A DNA stretch of 51,165 nucleotides from Octopus bimaculoides. Lineage: Eukaryota. The position numbers were made by a program, and so were the translations under genes. Below the pieces are notes generated by a model, which did no database searches, was not told where the DNA came from, and saw only the letters and a program-made list of their open reading frames with translations. The number at the start of each line of letters is the position of its first letter. Within the stretch, counting starts at the first letter, position 1. Positions 1 to 13,859 of the stretch are shown piece after piece. Location of the stretch: contig NC_068985.1 in the NCBI RefSeq assembly GCF_001194135.2, positions 15,149,754-15,200,918 of the forward strand, given 5' to 3'.

Positions 1-9
1 ATATATATT

Positions 10-53
<44 letters not shown>

Positions 54-79
54 GTCATATATATGTGTGAGAGACAGTG

Positions 80-141
<62 letters not shown>

Positions 142-351
142 CTGCAGCAGCAGCAGCAGCAGCAGTAGTAGCAGCAGCATAGGCAGCAACAGCAATAGTC
201 AATTGGTTGTATTTGCCAATGTTGTGCATTAATGTTCATTGTGGTGCACTGTTGTGCATTTCGCGTGAAGAAGAAGAAGAAGAAGAAGAAGAAGAAGAAG
301 AAGAAGAAGAAGAAGAAGAAGAAGAAGAAGAAGAAGAAGAAGAAGAAGAAG
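10..351. repeat. Compound microsatellites (GA)n, (AGT)n, (GCA)n, (GAA)n
   Basis: Direct reading. Confidence 0.95.
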
Positions 352-945
352 ATCAAAGTCGATTGTGATGAGGAACATTATTATTATCCTCATTATTATC
401 GTGGGCATCCAACAATAATGTTGTGGACGGGAGATGGAAGGGATCTTTAAGGATTCAATAGAAAACAAAAGGAAACTAAAAAAAAGAACAAAAAGCAAAA
501 GAGCCAAATAAATGAATAAATAAGGGAACAGCCCTTTCAAGACCCCATCTCGCCCATTTTGCCCCCTCCCCACCGAATTAATGTGGCATGACAACACAGA
601 TGTGTGCAGGCATGCAACTACATCCCAAACCACAGTGGCTCTGTACTACGCCTTTCTTTCTTTCTTTCTTTCATTCTCGCTTTCTTTCTCTTTTTGTTCT
701 TCGTTCCTTTCTTTCTTTCTTTCTTTCCATCTTTCTTTCGTTCTTGCTTGTCGTCCTTCCTTCTTTTTTTTTCTTTCCTATGCTTTCACTATCTCTACAT
801 CTCTCTTACAGTTTTTTTTAATCTCACGTTCAAACTTGCCCTTTTCTCTCTCTCCCCTTCTCTCTCTCTCTTTCTATGTATCTACGTATGTATGTATGTA
901 TGTATGTATGTACGTGTATATGTATGTATGTATGTATGTACGTGC

Positions 946-976
<31 letters not shown>

Positions 977-1637
977 TGCACGTATGCATGTATGTATGCA
1001 TATGCATATGTATGCATAATATATATGCATATATATCCGGAGGGATGGTTTTATATATATATATATATAATACATACACACATACACACATACACATATA
1101 TAATATACATGCACATACGTACATACATATATATATGTTAATATATACACATACAAGTATATAAGTAATTGAGAAAATTATACGCGCACACACACACACA
1201 CCTATNNNNNNNNNNNNNNNNNNNNNNNNNNNNNNNNNNNNNNNNNNNNNNNNNNNNNNNNNNNNNNNNNNNNNNNNNNNNNNNNNNNNNNNNNNNNNNN
1301 NNNNNNNNNNNNNNNNNNNNNNNNNNNNNNNNNNNNNNNNNNNNNNNNNNNNNNNNNNNNNNNNNNNNNNNNNNNNNNNNNNNNNNNNNNNNNNNNNNNN
1401 NNNNNNNNNNNNNNNNNNNNNNNNNNNNNNNNNNNNNNNNNNNNNNNNNNNNNNNNNNNNNNNNNNNNNNNNNNNNNNNNNNNNNNNNNNNNNNNNNNNN
1501 NNNNNNNNNNNNNNNNNNNNNNNNNNNNNNNNNNNNNNNNNNNNNNNNNNNNNNNNNNNNNNNNNNNNNNNNNNNNNNNNNNNCTTATTAATTATTATCA
1601 TTATCATTATTATTATCATTATTATTATTATTATTAC

Positions 1638-1669
<32 letters not shown>

Positions 1670-2063
1670 GTTTTGCAGCAGCTGCCGAACTGCAGTTGCC
1701 GCACTTGCTAACGATATTGATGACGACACAGATGCATTGCTCGAAAGTTCCAAAGAGCGTTCTGCATCATTACTTTAATAACTGAAGGTCAACATCTTGA
1801 ATAGACAACAACAACAACAGCAATAACAACAACTTTATCATTAACAACATCGGTTACAATAACAAGGAATATTAACAAAACCTGAAAACAACAGTAACAA
1901 CATTAATATTTTGAAGATATTGTTATAAGGTCTTAGAGTTTTACTGGCAGGGTTAGGTCAATTCGATTGAATCCGGTATATACTTGTATAACGTACAGAA
2001 AAGGAAAAAAAAGCAGCGGTAGTTCATATCAAATCAATTTTATCTTTAATTCCTCCTCTTTCT

Positions 2064-2367
2064 GGGGTGGCACTTTGGGCAAGATCTTTCTTCTATAGTC
2101 TTGGGCTGACCAAAGTCTTGTGAGTGGATTCAGTAAACGGAAAATGTGAGAAGGCCGCCATATATGTGTGTGTTTGTGTGTCTTTGTGAGTCTCCACTAC
2201 TGCTTAGAAATTGGTATTGGTGTGTTTACATCTTCGTAACTGAGCGGTTCGACTGAAGTGTCCGATAAATTAAGTACCGGGCTTAAAATAACAATTCTTC
2301 AAAGCCGCACCCCAGCATGGCCGCAGTCTAACGACTGAAACAAGTGAAAGAGTAAAAGAATAAAAAG
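2064..2367 (+). mobile_element. SINE family A, diverged and 5'-truncated
   Basis: GGCACTTTGGGCAAG...CAGCATGGCCGCAGTC...GAGTAAAAGA. Confidence 0.78.
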
Positions 2368-2889
2368 TCCAGGCTAATGTATTGCTTGAAGGTATTTATT
2401 CTTGCTCTTTACGTTCTGCGCTCAAAATCCCGCCAAAATCCTCTTTACCTTTCACTCCCCTGGGTGCAGTGAAAAACTTACAAGTCCAGGTCATTGTATT
2501 TGTTGACATTTTTAGAAAATTGCCTTAAGTCTTTTGTTCTTGCACCTTACGATCTGGGTTCAAAATCTAGATTAAATTGATTTGTCCAGATCTATTTAAC
2601 CTTCCATCTTCTTGGGGCTATAAAATTAAGCGCCTATTCCAGGTCAATGGATTGGCGGAATTGTTAAGGCGCTGGACGAAATAGTTCGCAGTGTTTACTT
2701 CGGATCTTAAATTCGTGGTTCGCCTCCGGCGGCATCGATTTCGTTCGTCTTTAGTACTGGTATTTAACTTACCCTTCGATAATTTTGGTGGTGTGTAGAA
2801 CAGAAACTCGCTACATAAGCAACTGTATGGTGACCTACTTGCACCCCGCCCCGATTTTGCTGGCCTTGTGCCAAAACTTGAAACCATCA

Positions 2890-2890
2890 A

Positions 2891-2927
<37 letters not shown>

Positions 2928-2940
2928 ATGCCTTAAACTA

Positions 2941-2994
<54 letters not shown>

Positions 2995-3007
2995 ATGCCT
3001 TAAACTA

Positions 3008-3046
<39 letters not shown>

Positions 3047-3078
3047 ATGCCTTAAGCTAATTATTATTATTATTATTA

Positions 3079-3164
<86 letters not shown>
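2890..3164. repeat. (ATT)n punctuated three times by TAATATGCCTTAA(A/G)CTA
   Basis: Direct reading. Confidence 0.9.
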
Positions 3165-3165
<1 letters not shown>

Positions 3166-3613
3166 GTTTCGCAGCAGCTGCCGAACTGCAGTTGTCGCAC
3201 TTGCTAACGATATTAATGACAACACATATGCATTGCATTGCTCAGAAGTTCCAATGAGTGTTCTGCATCATAACTTTAATAACTGAAGGTCAACATCTTG
3301 AATAAACAACAACAACAACAGCAACAACAACAACTTTATTAATAATAATATCAATTACAATAACAAGGAACATTAACAAAAGCTAAAAACAATTTCCACT
3401 GAAAATGCTGGCCTCGTACCAAAATTTGAAATCAGGAATAATCGTTTCCAACATTAATTCAAGATTGGAAATCTCAGCGGATGGGTTATTTGAATGGATT
3501 GACTTCAGTTCTTGACTGATTTTTTAATATTTATTAACCTCTAGAAAGATTAAAAGCTAAGTTGACGAGCGCGTGATTCGAAATAAGAATGTAAAATGCC
3601 GGACCAAATACTA

Positions 3614-3995
3614 CAGGGTGTCCACAAGGTCTGGCTACATGGAGTAAATAAAATCATAACATAAACAAATAAATATAAGAAATAATAATTTCTTAAAGTA
3701 TGTGTTAATCCCCATGTGGGTACATGGAATAAATAAAATCTTAACATAAACAATTAAGTATAAGAAATAATAATTTCTTAAAGCATGTGTTAATCCCCAT
3801 GTGGGTACATGGAGTAAATAAAATCTTAACATAAACAATTAAATATAAGAAATAATAATTTCTTAAAGCATGTGTTAATCCCCATGTGGGTACATGGAGT
3901 AAATAAAATCATAACATAAACAATTAAATATAAGAAATCATAATTTCTTAAAGTATGTGTTAATCCCCATGTACCCAGACTTTGTGGACACCCTG
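3614..3995. mobile_element. Tc1/mariner-type MITE with four internal 85-bp tandem units
   Basis: TA flanks (3612-13, 3996-97); 27-bp TIRs CAGGGTGTCCACAA(G/A)GTCTGG(C/G)TACAT; units start at 3636, 3721, 3806, 3891. Confidence 0.88.
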
Positions 3996-4000
3996 TATAA

Positions 4001-4925
4001 GGCGTTTTGTCCGACGCTCTTAACGATTCCGCCTATCAACGTACTTTGATAACAATGGTTTCTAGTCACAGGGCTAGTAAGTTTTGAGGGAACAGATTAG
4101 TCCTTACCAACGATCCCAAATCTTAAATGGTTTATTATTTTATCGACCCCAAAAGGATGAAAAGCTATGTTGACTATTGTGGGATTTGAACTCAAAACTT
4201 AAAGAGACAAACCAAATATCGTAAGCCTGACGCTCTAACGATTCTGCCAATCCAAGAATTAGAATTAGGATTATAACTTTAGCACAATGCTAGCAACTTG
4301 AGGGGAGAAGTAAGTCGATTATATTGATTTCACTGGTACTTGATTTATCGACCCCGAAAGGATAAATGGGAAGGTTAACTCAGAATGTAAAGAGCCGGAA
4401 GAAATGTTGCTATGAATTTCGCTCTAATGCTCTAATGATTCTGCTAATCCATGCATTGGAATAACATTTATTATTATCCCTTTTCACTAACGTGGCGCGC
4501 TGACAGAATCGTTAACACGCCGGGCGAAATACCGACAAGTTCGATTTTTCCTTTCGGGTTCGATTAAATAAGTACCAGTTACGCACTGGGGTGGATGTAA
4601 TCGACTTAATCCCCACCCACAAGCTGCCCTTGTGGCAAAATTTTGAAATCATTATTATCCTTTTCACTATGGGCACAAGACCTGAAAATTTTGTGGGGAG
4701 GCGGGGTGCTGGTCGATTACATCGCCCCCAGTGTATAACTGGTGCTTTATTTTATCGACTGCGACGGGATGAAAGGCAAAGTCGACCTGGGCAGAATTTC
4801 AACTCAGAACGTAAATCCGGAAGAAATGCTGCTTAGCATTTTGACCGACACGTTATTTGTAACACAAGCACATGGCCTAAAATCAAGGGGAGAGGTCAGT
4901 CGATTATATCGCCCCCAGTACTTGA
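4001..4925. mobile_element. Pile-up of ~5 SINE family B copies in both orientations
   Basis: Repeated core GTCGACTTTGCCTTTCATCCTTTCGGGGTCGATAAA / TTTATCGACCCCGAAAGGATGAAAGG. Confidence 0.82.
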
Positions 4926-5459
4926 GTTAATAAAAATAATTCATAAGGAATTTTACCGTGGCTTCTAAGGAGGGGGGACTCTAACTCGCCTTTCAGAGAT
5001 ACATTTTTTTAAGGACCATTAGCGATGTAAAACAATAATAACAATAATTAGATAAAAAATATATATAAATAAAAATAAACGAAAATCGCTTCAAGCTGGA
5101 ATCGAAATCGAATTATGCAATTAGGCTTGCTGGAAGTTTATCGCTTGTTCTAGATCGAGTAGATTGGATGATAGTTGGGCGGGAATTGGATGCTAATAGA
5201 AAAACAATGAAGCGTGACGAAAACTGAAAGAGCAGAATATGTAATGAAAAACGAGGCATATTGAGAAGGGAAAAAAAAAACAAAAAATAAATCCCTTAGA
5301 TTATGGGACAAAATGCAGTAGTAATGTGATGTGTCAAATGACCCCTTACCATGTATGTTTATATGGTCAAAGGAATTTCTCATCTTAGAAAAAAGAGCCA
5401 ATATTAATACGATTACTCTTTTTCTTTTTTATTTCTTCGCTCATTTTCTGGGCTTTTTA

Positions 5460-5512
<53 letters not shown>

Positions 5513-5530
5513 CTATTTTCTTAATATTTA

Positions 5531-7006
5531 GTTGTCTTGTTCGTTTGTTTTTTTTTCTGTATTTGTTGTTTTGTTTTGTTTGTTTTGTTTCTACAGTAAT
5601 CCTTGCTTATTAACACAGACACGGTTCACTGCTTTTTCTCAAATAATATTCACTGATCTCTACGTAAACATCGGCACCATATGTTCCCATCGTTGTGACC
5701 ACATTCACGCTTTCAATTTCCGCTACTCCCACCCCTCTTTCTCTCTCTCTCTCTCTCTCTTTCTTTCTCACTCACTTTCACACATGCTCTCTCTCTCTCT
5801 CTCTCCCTCCCCCTTCTCTCTCTCTCTNNNNNNNNNNCTCTCTCTCTCTCCCTCCCCCTTCTCTCTCTCTCTCTCCCTCCCCCTTCTCTCTCTCTCCCTC
5901 CCCCTTCTCTCTCTCTCTCTGCTTTTTCTTACCTCATCACCTCTGTCTTTCTATTTAACTGCACCACTGCGGCTTCCATTTCTCCTTTCCTCTTTGCTCC
6001 ATCTTCTTCCACTTCTCTTCCTCTTCCAATTCCACAATTTTCGAAACACATCTACTACTACTACTACTACTACTACTACTGCTACTACTACTACTACTAC
6101 TGCCACTACTATTACTACTACTACTACTACTACTACTACTGTTGCTACAACTTCTACAGCTGATAATGATACTACTACAATTACTATAACTACTGCTGCT
6201 GTTACTACTACTTCTGCTGCTGCTGCTGCTGCTGATGATGATGATGATGGGGAGGAGGAGGAGGAGGAGGAGGAGGATCTTAGAACGGTGATGCTCTCTT
6301 CTCCGCTTCTCGTCTGCAGTAACGTAATTTCCTCTGGTGCTATGAGCGCCGTAATGTGTAATCCGGCAGCAAATTATTGAAGCCCGCCTTCACGAAGCTG
6401 ACAATGTATATAACTTTTTTTTTTAATATCGCCTCGTTAAGTGCAAGGGCAACATTCATAATCTTTTTTTTTTTTTTTTTTTTTGGGACCTCCGAGTCTC
6501 ATGAAGGAGAAAGAAGAAGCTATCCTCAAACCGGAAGCTTGACCGAGATGCTAGTAACATATTAGGCTCTGCTAAAAGCAATCAAGGAACAGGTGATAAT
6601 GTTACAACGAGTGACTGTTAATGTCTACCTCTCAGGTGGGTTGGGGTGGAATTTGAACTCAGAAAGCTAAGTGCCAGAACAAATGTTGAATGATGACTGT
6701 GTTAAGTAATACTTGTAAAAGTTATTCATCATTACAACGTATAATTGATGTGTTACAAACATTCATAATATTCAGCGATCTCAAATCGCCTGCAAACCGA
6801 ATCACTGGAGCACGGTTCGTATCGATACCAAACCGATCCATCTCACATCACAATCAAAAATGACAAATAAACAGTTGTCTTGTTTGTATTTTTTTTTCTG
6901 TATTTGTTGTTGTTCTGTTTGTTTTGTTTGTTTTGTTTCTACAGTAATCCTTGCTTATTAACACAGACATGGTTTACTGCTTTTTCTCAAATAATATTCA
7001 CTGATT
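5531..7006. repeat. Direct repeat pair (~125 bp; 5531-5655 / 6874-7006)
   Basis: TTTGTTTCTACAGTAATCCTTGCTTATTAACACAGACA..GCTTTTTCTCAAATAATATTCACTGAT in both. Confidence 0.85.
5735..6278. repeat. Compound microsatellites (CT)n, (ACT)n, (GCT)n, (GAT)n, (GAG)n
   Basis: Direct reading. Confidence 0.92.
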
Positions 7007-7710
7007 CTCGAACTACTTTTCCTACTGCCGCTGCAACTGTTTCTGCTGCTGCTGCTGCTACTACTTCTACTACTACTTCTGATGATGATGATGGTGGTGT
7101 TGGTGGTGGTGGTGGTGGTGGTGGTGGTGGGGTGGTAGTGATGATGATGATGATGAGGAGGAGGAGGAGGAGGCAATGACTAGCGACCGAGACATTTGAT
7201 GATACGCCGTGCTTGCGAAGACCCGTCAAGCCAAGTGAAATCATAGTTGTGGCTTTTGTTACGTGACACCGACAAGCACGAAAAATACTGCCCTTAACTT
7301 ACAGATGACTAATATGGATTAAAGCGTCTTCCAATGTTCGTTTAAACATCTGTTCAGCTTTTGGAAGCAATGGCTTTAAAAATCATGCAGGTGCGAATAG
7401 AGATTGGATTAAAGCGAAATGAGGCGTCGTTTCTCGATGTATCTATTTTTGATAATCTTCAGAGGATTGTTCAGCCCGGTTTTCGTAAACTGTTTTCTAT
7501 CTTCTAACAAATTTATTCAATATCACTATTACTTATTCTTAAATGGAAATCATATTCATATCTTCAATAAAGTATGTTGAATAATGATTCTTATTCTTGT
7601 TTTTGTTTTTCGTGCACTCTAGGAATTATATGGCCAACTACCTGTTTTCCATGGCCGATACAAATGATCGAGATCAAAACATTCCCGGTCTGTTGCAGGA
7701 CTCATGTCCA

Positions 7711-9263
7711 GCAAATTTAAAGTGAAGTGGAAAGTAGATTACATCGACTCCAGTACTTGACTGGTACTTTTTTTCATTGACCTCAGAGGAATGAGAGACA
7801 AAGTTGACTTCAACAGGATTTGAGCTCAGAACGTAAAGAACCGGAAGAGGTGCCGCTAGGCATTTTGTCTGAAGTGTCAAGATTCTGCCAGCTATCTTCT
7901 TATTCTGATTACACTTTCCTAATTAGTTCTTTTCCTTTGGAGTTTTTATACATTCTTGCATTATGAAAGCCAAAGTTCTAACAACGTCAGACCAGTTATC
8001 AAAGAAATTTCTAACATATATAATTTCACTTTTGATGGGAATTCGTCTATTGAAACAGATGTTGTTGTATCATGGGAAAGGTCGTTATGCCAATAATACT
8101 TTCAAATTTTGGCACAAGGCCAGCAGTTTCGGAGGAGTGCTAAGTCGATTACATCTAGCCCAGTACTCAACTGGTACTTATATTATCGATCCCGAAGGAT
8201 GAAACGCAGAGTCGACCTCGATGGATTTTGGATGAAATGCCGCTAAGCATTTTGCCCGTCGTACTAATGATCCTATCAGCGCGCCACCTTTATTATGCCA
8301 ATAATGTACACACGCACTGGTTCTATTTCACGTCTTTTGTTATGTTATTAGTCAAATTGGCAAGTAGAATCGTTAGCGCGCCAGGAAAAATGCTTAGTGG
8401 CATTTTATCCGTCTTTACGTTTTGAGTTCAAATTCCACCGAGGTCGACTTTGTCTTTCATCCTTTCGAGCTCTATGTCGATGTAATCGACTTAGCCCTTT
8501 ACCCAAAATGTTAGGCCGTGTATCTATAGTAGAAAGGATTATTATGTTATTAGTCAACTAATTAACCATGTAACCAATTAATTTATCAGGTGTTTGATTA
8601 ATCATTCGTTCGGTCAATCTTGACTGACTGACAGAACTGAATCACACGTGGAATAGAGAGAGTTTGTCATTGATGAGGTCACGAGAGAAGGCGAAAGAAT
8701 TTTCTAAAGTCAAGCTGATTGATTAGATTATCAAACGATTAATCAAACAATTGATTAAAGTGGTTAAATGTTAACTGACTAATAATAATGAAAGAAGTGA
8801 AACAGAAGTAGCGCGTCTGTTTATTATTGGCATTATGATTTTCCCGTAAGGTGGCGCGCTAGCAGAATCGTTAGCACGCCAGACAAAATGCTTAGCGGTG
8901 TTTCGTCTGTCTTTACGTTCTGAGTTCAAATTCCGCCGAGGTCGACTTTGCCTTTCATCCTTTCGGGGTCGATAAATTAAGTACCAGTTGCGTACTTGGG
9001 TCGATCTTATCGACTGGCCCCTCCCCAAAAATGTTGGGCCTTGTACCTAGAGTAGAAAAGAATTTGTTAGCACGCCGGACAATATGCTTAGCGGCATTTC
9101 GTCGGTCTTTGCATTCTGACTTCAAATGCCGCTGAGGTCGACTTTGCCTTTGATCCTTTTGCGATCGATAAAATAAGCTCCACTTGAGCATTGGGGTCGA
9201 TCAATCGACTAGCTCCTCCCACAAAATTTCAAGCCTTGTGCCTGTACTAGAAAGGATTGTTAT
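7711..9263. mobile_element. Cluster of SINE family B copies (7711-7893 -, 8097-8288 -, 8356-8546 +, 8849-9058 +, 9059-9263 +)
   Basis: Head GGCGCGCT.GCAGAATCGTTAGCACGCC, B-box-like GAGTTCAAATTCC, conserved core. Confidence 0.85.
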
Positions 9264-9794
9264 GACTTCCCTGAGATACAACAAAATAACATATAAACCT
9301 AATGCTATCTATTTCCAAACATGTGATGCGCAACGCATTGAGTACAACGACTTAACATAAACACTGAATTTGCTGTCGATGACTGAAAGCGTCCATTTTG
9401 AAAACGCCAAACTTGCTTTATGAATATCAACACTGTCCCGCTGAAGGCAGCTTTAACAAGAGATATGAATTATAGAGAGTGAAAGTTAAAAGAATGGAAA
9501 AACATCGATCACAATCATTTCGTGGTATCATGAATCTGACCAAGCTAAAGCGGACTCTCATTACATTTTTTCTCGATTTTACTATATCATCTTATCTTAT
9601 CTTATCTTATATTATATTATATTATATTATATTATATTATGCTATGTTATGATCATAATTGTAAATATAAAATTTTAGTCAATATGTATGTGCATGTATG
9701 TATGTCTATAGCATTAAGTCAGAAGGTGTGAGAGCTGAAGATAGATTTATTTTTCCATATGTATATGTGCGTATATGCGCGAATATATTTATAA

Positions 9795-9868
<74 letters not shown>

Positions 9869-11746
9869 CATGCATATATGTATATACACACACATATATA
9901 CACAAATATAACTAAATATATGCATGTGTATACATACACACATATATATGTACTCATATATACTCACGCACATATTATTAGTATATATATATATATATAT
10001 ATACACACACATACATACACAAGTATATACATATATGACTGGATATGAAGCTATTTCTGTTGTATACGGTAAAACATTCATTGTTTTTCTTTCTTCTCTT
10101 TCCTTTTTTCTCACCTAATTTCGCTTTAACATACAAGTCATGAATGTGTCACATTTTCTGCCCCTGTCCTCCTTCTCACACACACACCACATGCCCTTAC
10201 TGCGACAGTGATATTTGGGTGATAAATGATATCAATAGAACAACACTATATTGCATTGCAAACTGGAAGATCTTGCAATTTGTGCGTTGAAGCGGCAAAG
10301 TTTGAAAGATGATGGTGTGATTTTAATTCAAACATCAACGTGATAGACGCAAACTTCTCTAACAATCCCGTGTCTTTATATTTTTCTTATTTATCGAATG
10401 AAAACTTCGGTGGACGATAAATTAAAAGAGTGACGAACTAGGTTTTATTGGAGACGTTTGCAGGTCGTCGACATATGAAATAAAAAGAAGTGGGAAGTGG
10501 AGAGGAGTGAGAGAGTCATAAAACAAGAAATCAGTCTAGTGGCCTGTGTGGAGTGGATGAGCGATGCTATAGTCTACGGAGAAAGTGACGCCTCATCTCG
10601 CTTTCCTTCCATCTGTATTTTATGCGAAACCAGACGCTGTTCGAAATCATTTCTTCCGAGAGACTTCACCAGGAAGAGGAAATATTTCATATACATTCGG
10701 ACGAAGTTTCAAGCAACCATCCATGTCAGTCTTTTGCATAAACAGATATGTGACTATATCATGCACACACACGCACGCACACGCACGCGCGTACACACAC
10801 ACACACACACACACACACATGCGAAAAATATTAAACATATCATTCAACGACGGTAGTAATTGAATAATATTCTTAAGAATTTACTCACACGCAGCACCTT
10901 TCAGAGACTGTCGCTAATTCAGTTCTTAACCAAATTGAAGACTGTTCACATTTTGGGAGAGGACTGGTCCCTAGCTACATTTTGGCGTAAAAAAATTAGA
11001 TTTGGTCCAGTAGAAAAAAGTTTACATCAAAATTTGTAGCAACCTTATAGGAGAGTAAGTAATGCCACCGATCAAGTTTAGATCTAAATNNNNNNNNNNN
11101 NNNNNNNNNNNNNNNNNNNNNNNNNNNNNNNNNNNNNNNNNNNNNNNNNNNNNNNNNNNNNNNNNNNNNNNNNNNNNNNNNNNNNNNNNNNNNNNNNNNN
11201 NNNNNNNNNNNNNNNNNNNNNNNNNNNNNNNNNNNNNNNNNNNNNNNNNNNNNNNNNNNNNNNNNNNNNNNNNNNNNNNNNNNNNNNNNNNNNNNNNNNN
11301 NNNNNNNNNNNNNNNNNNNNNNNNNNNNNNNNNNNNNNNNNNNNNNNNNTATATTTTAATTAAACTTAAGTGGTAGAGCTCAATTCAAGGAATTTCTTGG
11401 TATCAATCTCATGCAATGAAGTTTTAAAAGAAAAAAGTTATGAGTGTTTGTTTCTCAAATTTGAGGGTGATAATATAGTTCTATACTTTTTTATAAGGGG
11501 ACTTTTAATATATGTCACCGGTGTCATTGAGGTAAGGAAAAAATTATCAACGACACCGCTGATTGACGCATTTCACACATTATTAATTAGCATAAAACAT
11601 GGAAAAAACATGGATTACATGGAAAAATGCGAGCAAGAGAAATAATATTCTTATGATTATAAACCTGGAAAATTATTACACTTGGTAAAGTTCAGGACAA
11701 CTTATTACATCTGGTAAAGTACAGAACAAGAAAATTTTTACTTAAA

Positions 11747-12631
11747 ATATTGCAACTAAGGATAAAATTTCAAATAAAATATTTAGATTTAGATAATATT
11801 AGCTTTTATTAAAACTAAAAATTTTATTACAAGTTATTACTTCTATTTGTTATAACTTGTTATTTCTATTAAGAATAAAAAAATAATTCAATTAAAATAT
11901 TTTTCGCACTTAAAAATTTTTTTTTTAATTATTAATTAATAATTAAAAATTTGAAAACAGGTTATAAAGGACAAGTTATTACACTTGGAAAAGTTTAGGA
12001 TAAGTACAGAACAAGAAAATTTTTACTTAAAATATTGCAGCTATGGATAAAATTTTTTAATAATTAAAAATTATTTGATTTTAATTTACAAAGTAACATT
12101 ATAACTAAAAAAAGGTACCATCATTTTGTTAAAATATTGACACACTAGAATACCTAAAAACTGAGAGCCAGAAGTACCAATATAGCTAAAGTTTTGTGCA
12201 AAGTAGAATAGTATATATGGTAGGCTAATTCATTATGTAAAAATCAGGCATTGGGTCAAGACTAAAAATGTGAAGACTTGGCAACAACTTAGGCAATAAC
12301 TCAAGCAAATTTTACTGTGAATTTTTTGTTATAGGTAGATTTTACTGTAATATATAACTAATTTTTGTATTATTTTATTTATTGTACTAATTATGTACTA
12401 CTATTATTTTTATAATCTATATTCAAATTTTTATTATTAATTAATAATCTAAAAAATAAATTTTTTTAAAGTGCAAAAAATATTTTAATTGAATCATTTT
12501 TATTTTTAATAGATGTAACAAGTTATAACAAATAGAAGTAATAACTTGTAATAAAATTTTTAGTTTTAATAAAAGCTAATATTATCTAAATCTAAATATT
12601 TTATTTGAAATTTTATCCTTAGTTGCAATAT
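11747..12631. repeat. AT-rich long inverted repeat (~175-bp arms 11747-11922 / 12456-12631)
   Basis: Outer ~115 bp match as a perfect reverse complement, inner ~60 bp with mismatches. Confidence 0.88.
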
Positions 12632-13388
12632 CTTNNNNNNNNNNNNNNNNNNNNNNNNNNNNNNNNNNNNNNNNNNNNNNNNNNNNNNNNNNNNNNNNNN
12701 NNNNNNNNNNNNNNNNNNNNNNNNNNNNNNNNNNNNNNNNNNNNNNNNNNNNNNNNNNNNNNNNNNNNNNNNNNNNNNNNNNNNNNNNNNNNNNNNNNNN
12801 NNNNNNNNNNNNNNNNNNNNNNNNNNNNNNNNNNNNNNNNNNNNNNNNNNNNNNNNNNNNNNNNNNNNNNNNNNNNNNNNNNNNNNNNNNNNNNNNNNNN
12901 NNNNNNNNNNNNNNNNNNNNNNNNNNNNNNNNNNNNNNNNNNNNNNNNNNNNNNNNNNNNNNNNNNNNNNNNNNNNNNNNNNNNNNNNNNNNNNNNNNNN
13001 NNNNNNNNNNNNNNNNNNNNNNNNNNNNNNNNNNNNNNNNNNNNNNNNNNNNNNNNNNNNNNNNNNNNNNNNNNNNNNNNNNNNNNNNNNNNNNNNNNNN
13101 NNNNNNNNNNNNNNNNNNNNNNNNNNNNNNNNNNNNNNNNNNNNNNNNNNNNNNNNNNNNNNNNNNNNNNNNNNNNNNNNNNNNNNNNNNNNNNNNNNNN
13201 NNNNNNNNNNNNNNNNNNNNNNNNNNNNNNNNNNNNNNNNNNNNNNNNNNNNNNNNNNNNNNNNNNNNNNNNNNNNNNNNNNNNNNNNNNNNNNNNNNNN
13301 NNNNNNNNNNNNNNNNNNNNNNNNNNNNNNNNNNNNNNNNNNNNNNNNNNNNNNNNNNNNNNNNNNNNNNNNNNNNNNNNNNNNNNNN

Positions 13389-13422
<34 letters not shown>

Positions 13423-13424
<2 letters not shown>

Positions 13425-13581
13425 GACGGGTTTCTTTCAGTTTCCGTCTACCAAATCCCCTCACAAGGCATTGGTCGGCCCGAGGCTATAGTAGAAGACA
13501 CTTGCCCAAGGTGCCACGCAGTGGGACTGAGCCCGGAACCATGTGATTGGTAAGCAAGCTACTTAACACACAGCCACTCCT
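13423..13581 (-). mobile_element. SINE family A, 5' half
   Basis: Reverse complement of the head, abutting a (TA)n run and a gap. Confidence 0.85.
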
Positions 13582-13859
13582 ATATATAAAAATTCACCTA
13601 CATATATATTTACACGTGTCTACTGTAAGTGTGTATATCAAATATGAACTGTTATGCACGAGTATTTATAACTTTTGTATAAACGTATTTTAGCATATAC
13701 ACACATCCATCTGTACATATTGATGCAAATATACATCCTCCGACAATGCTTCTATTTTTCCTCTCATATATGTACATTTTTACATTAAGTCTTACCGTTT
13801 CTTTGATTTTTCCATCGAAACAAATCTTTTCCAAATAAATACATTGAAACAAAATACTA

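Larger units (their letters stand above)
1669..3391. repeat. Direct repeat pair (~220 bp; 1669-1890 / 3163-3391), each following (ATT)n
   Basis: GCAGCAGCTGCCGAACTGCAGTTG...AACTGAAGGTCAACATCTTGAATA in both. Confidence 0.85.

Noticed and set aside
9-1619. Long ORFs of poly-F/K/L/Y and YV/HT repeats
   Set aside because: Translations of microsatellites; no codon or domain signal
5532-7244. Mucin-like T/A/D/E/G-rich ORFs
   Set aside because: Built from adjacent trinucleotide microsatellites that are open in several frames
8548-8786. Weak inverted repeat between SINE-B copies
   Set aside because: Patchy AT-rich matches; too degenerate to call
11350-12634. Possible mitochondrial insertion (NUMT)
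   Set aside because: AT-rich, but I could not recognise any mitochondrial gene, rRNA or tRNA; kept only as an unassigned inverted-repeat island
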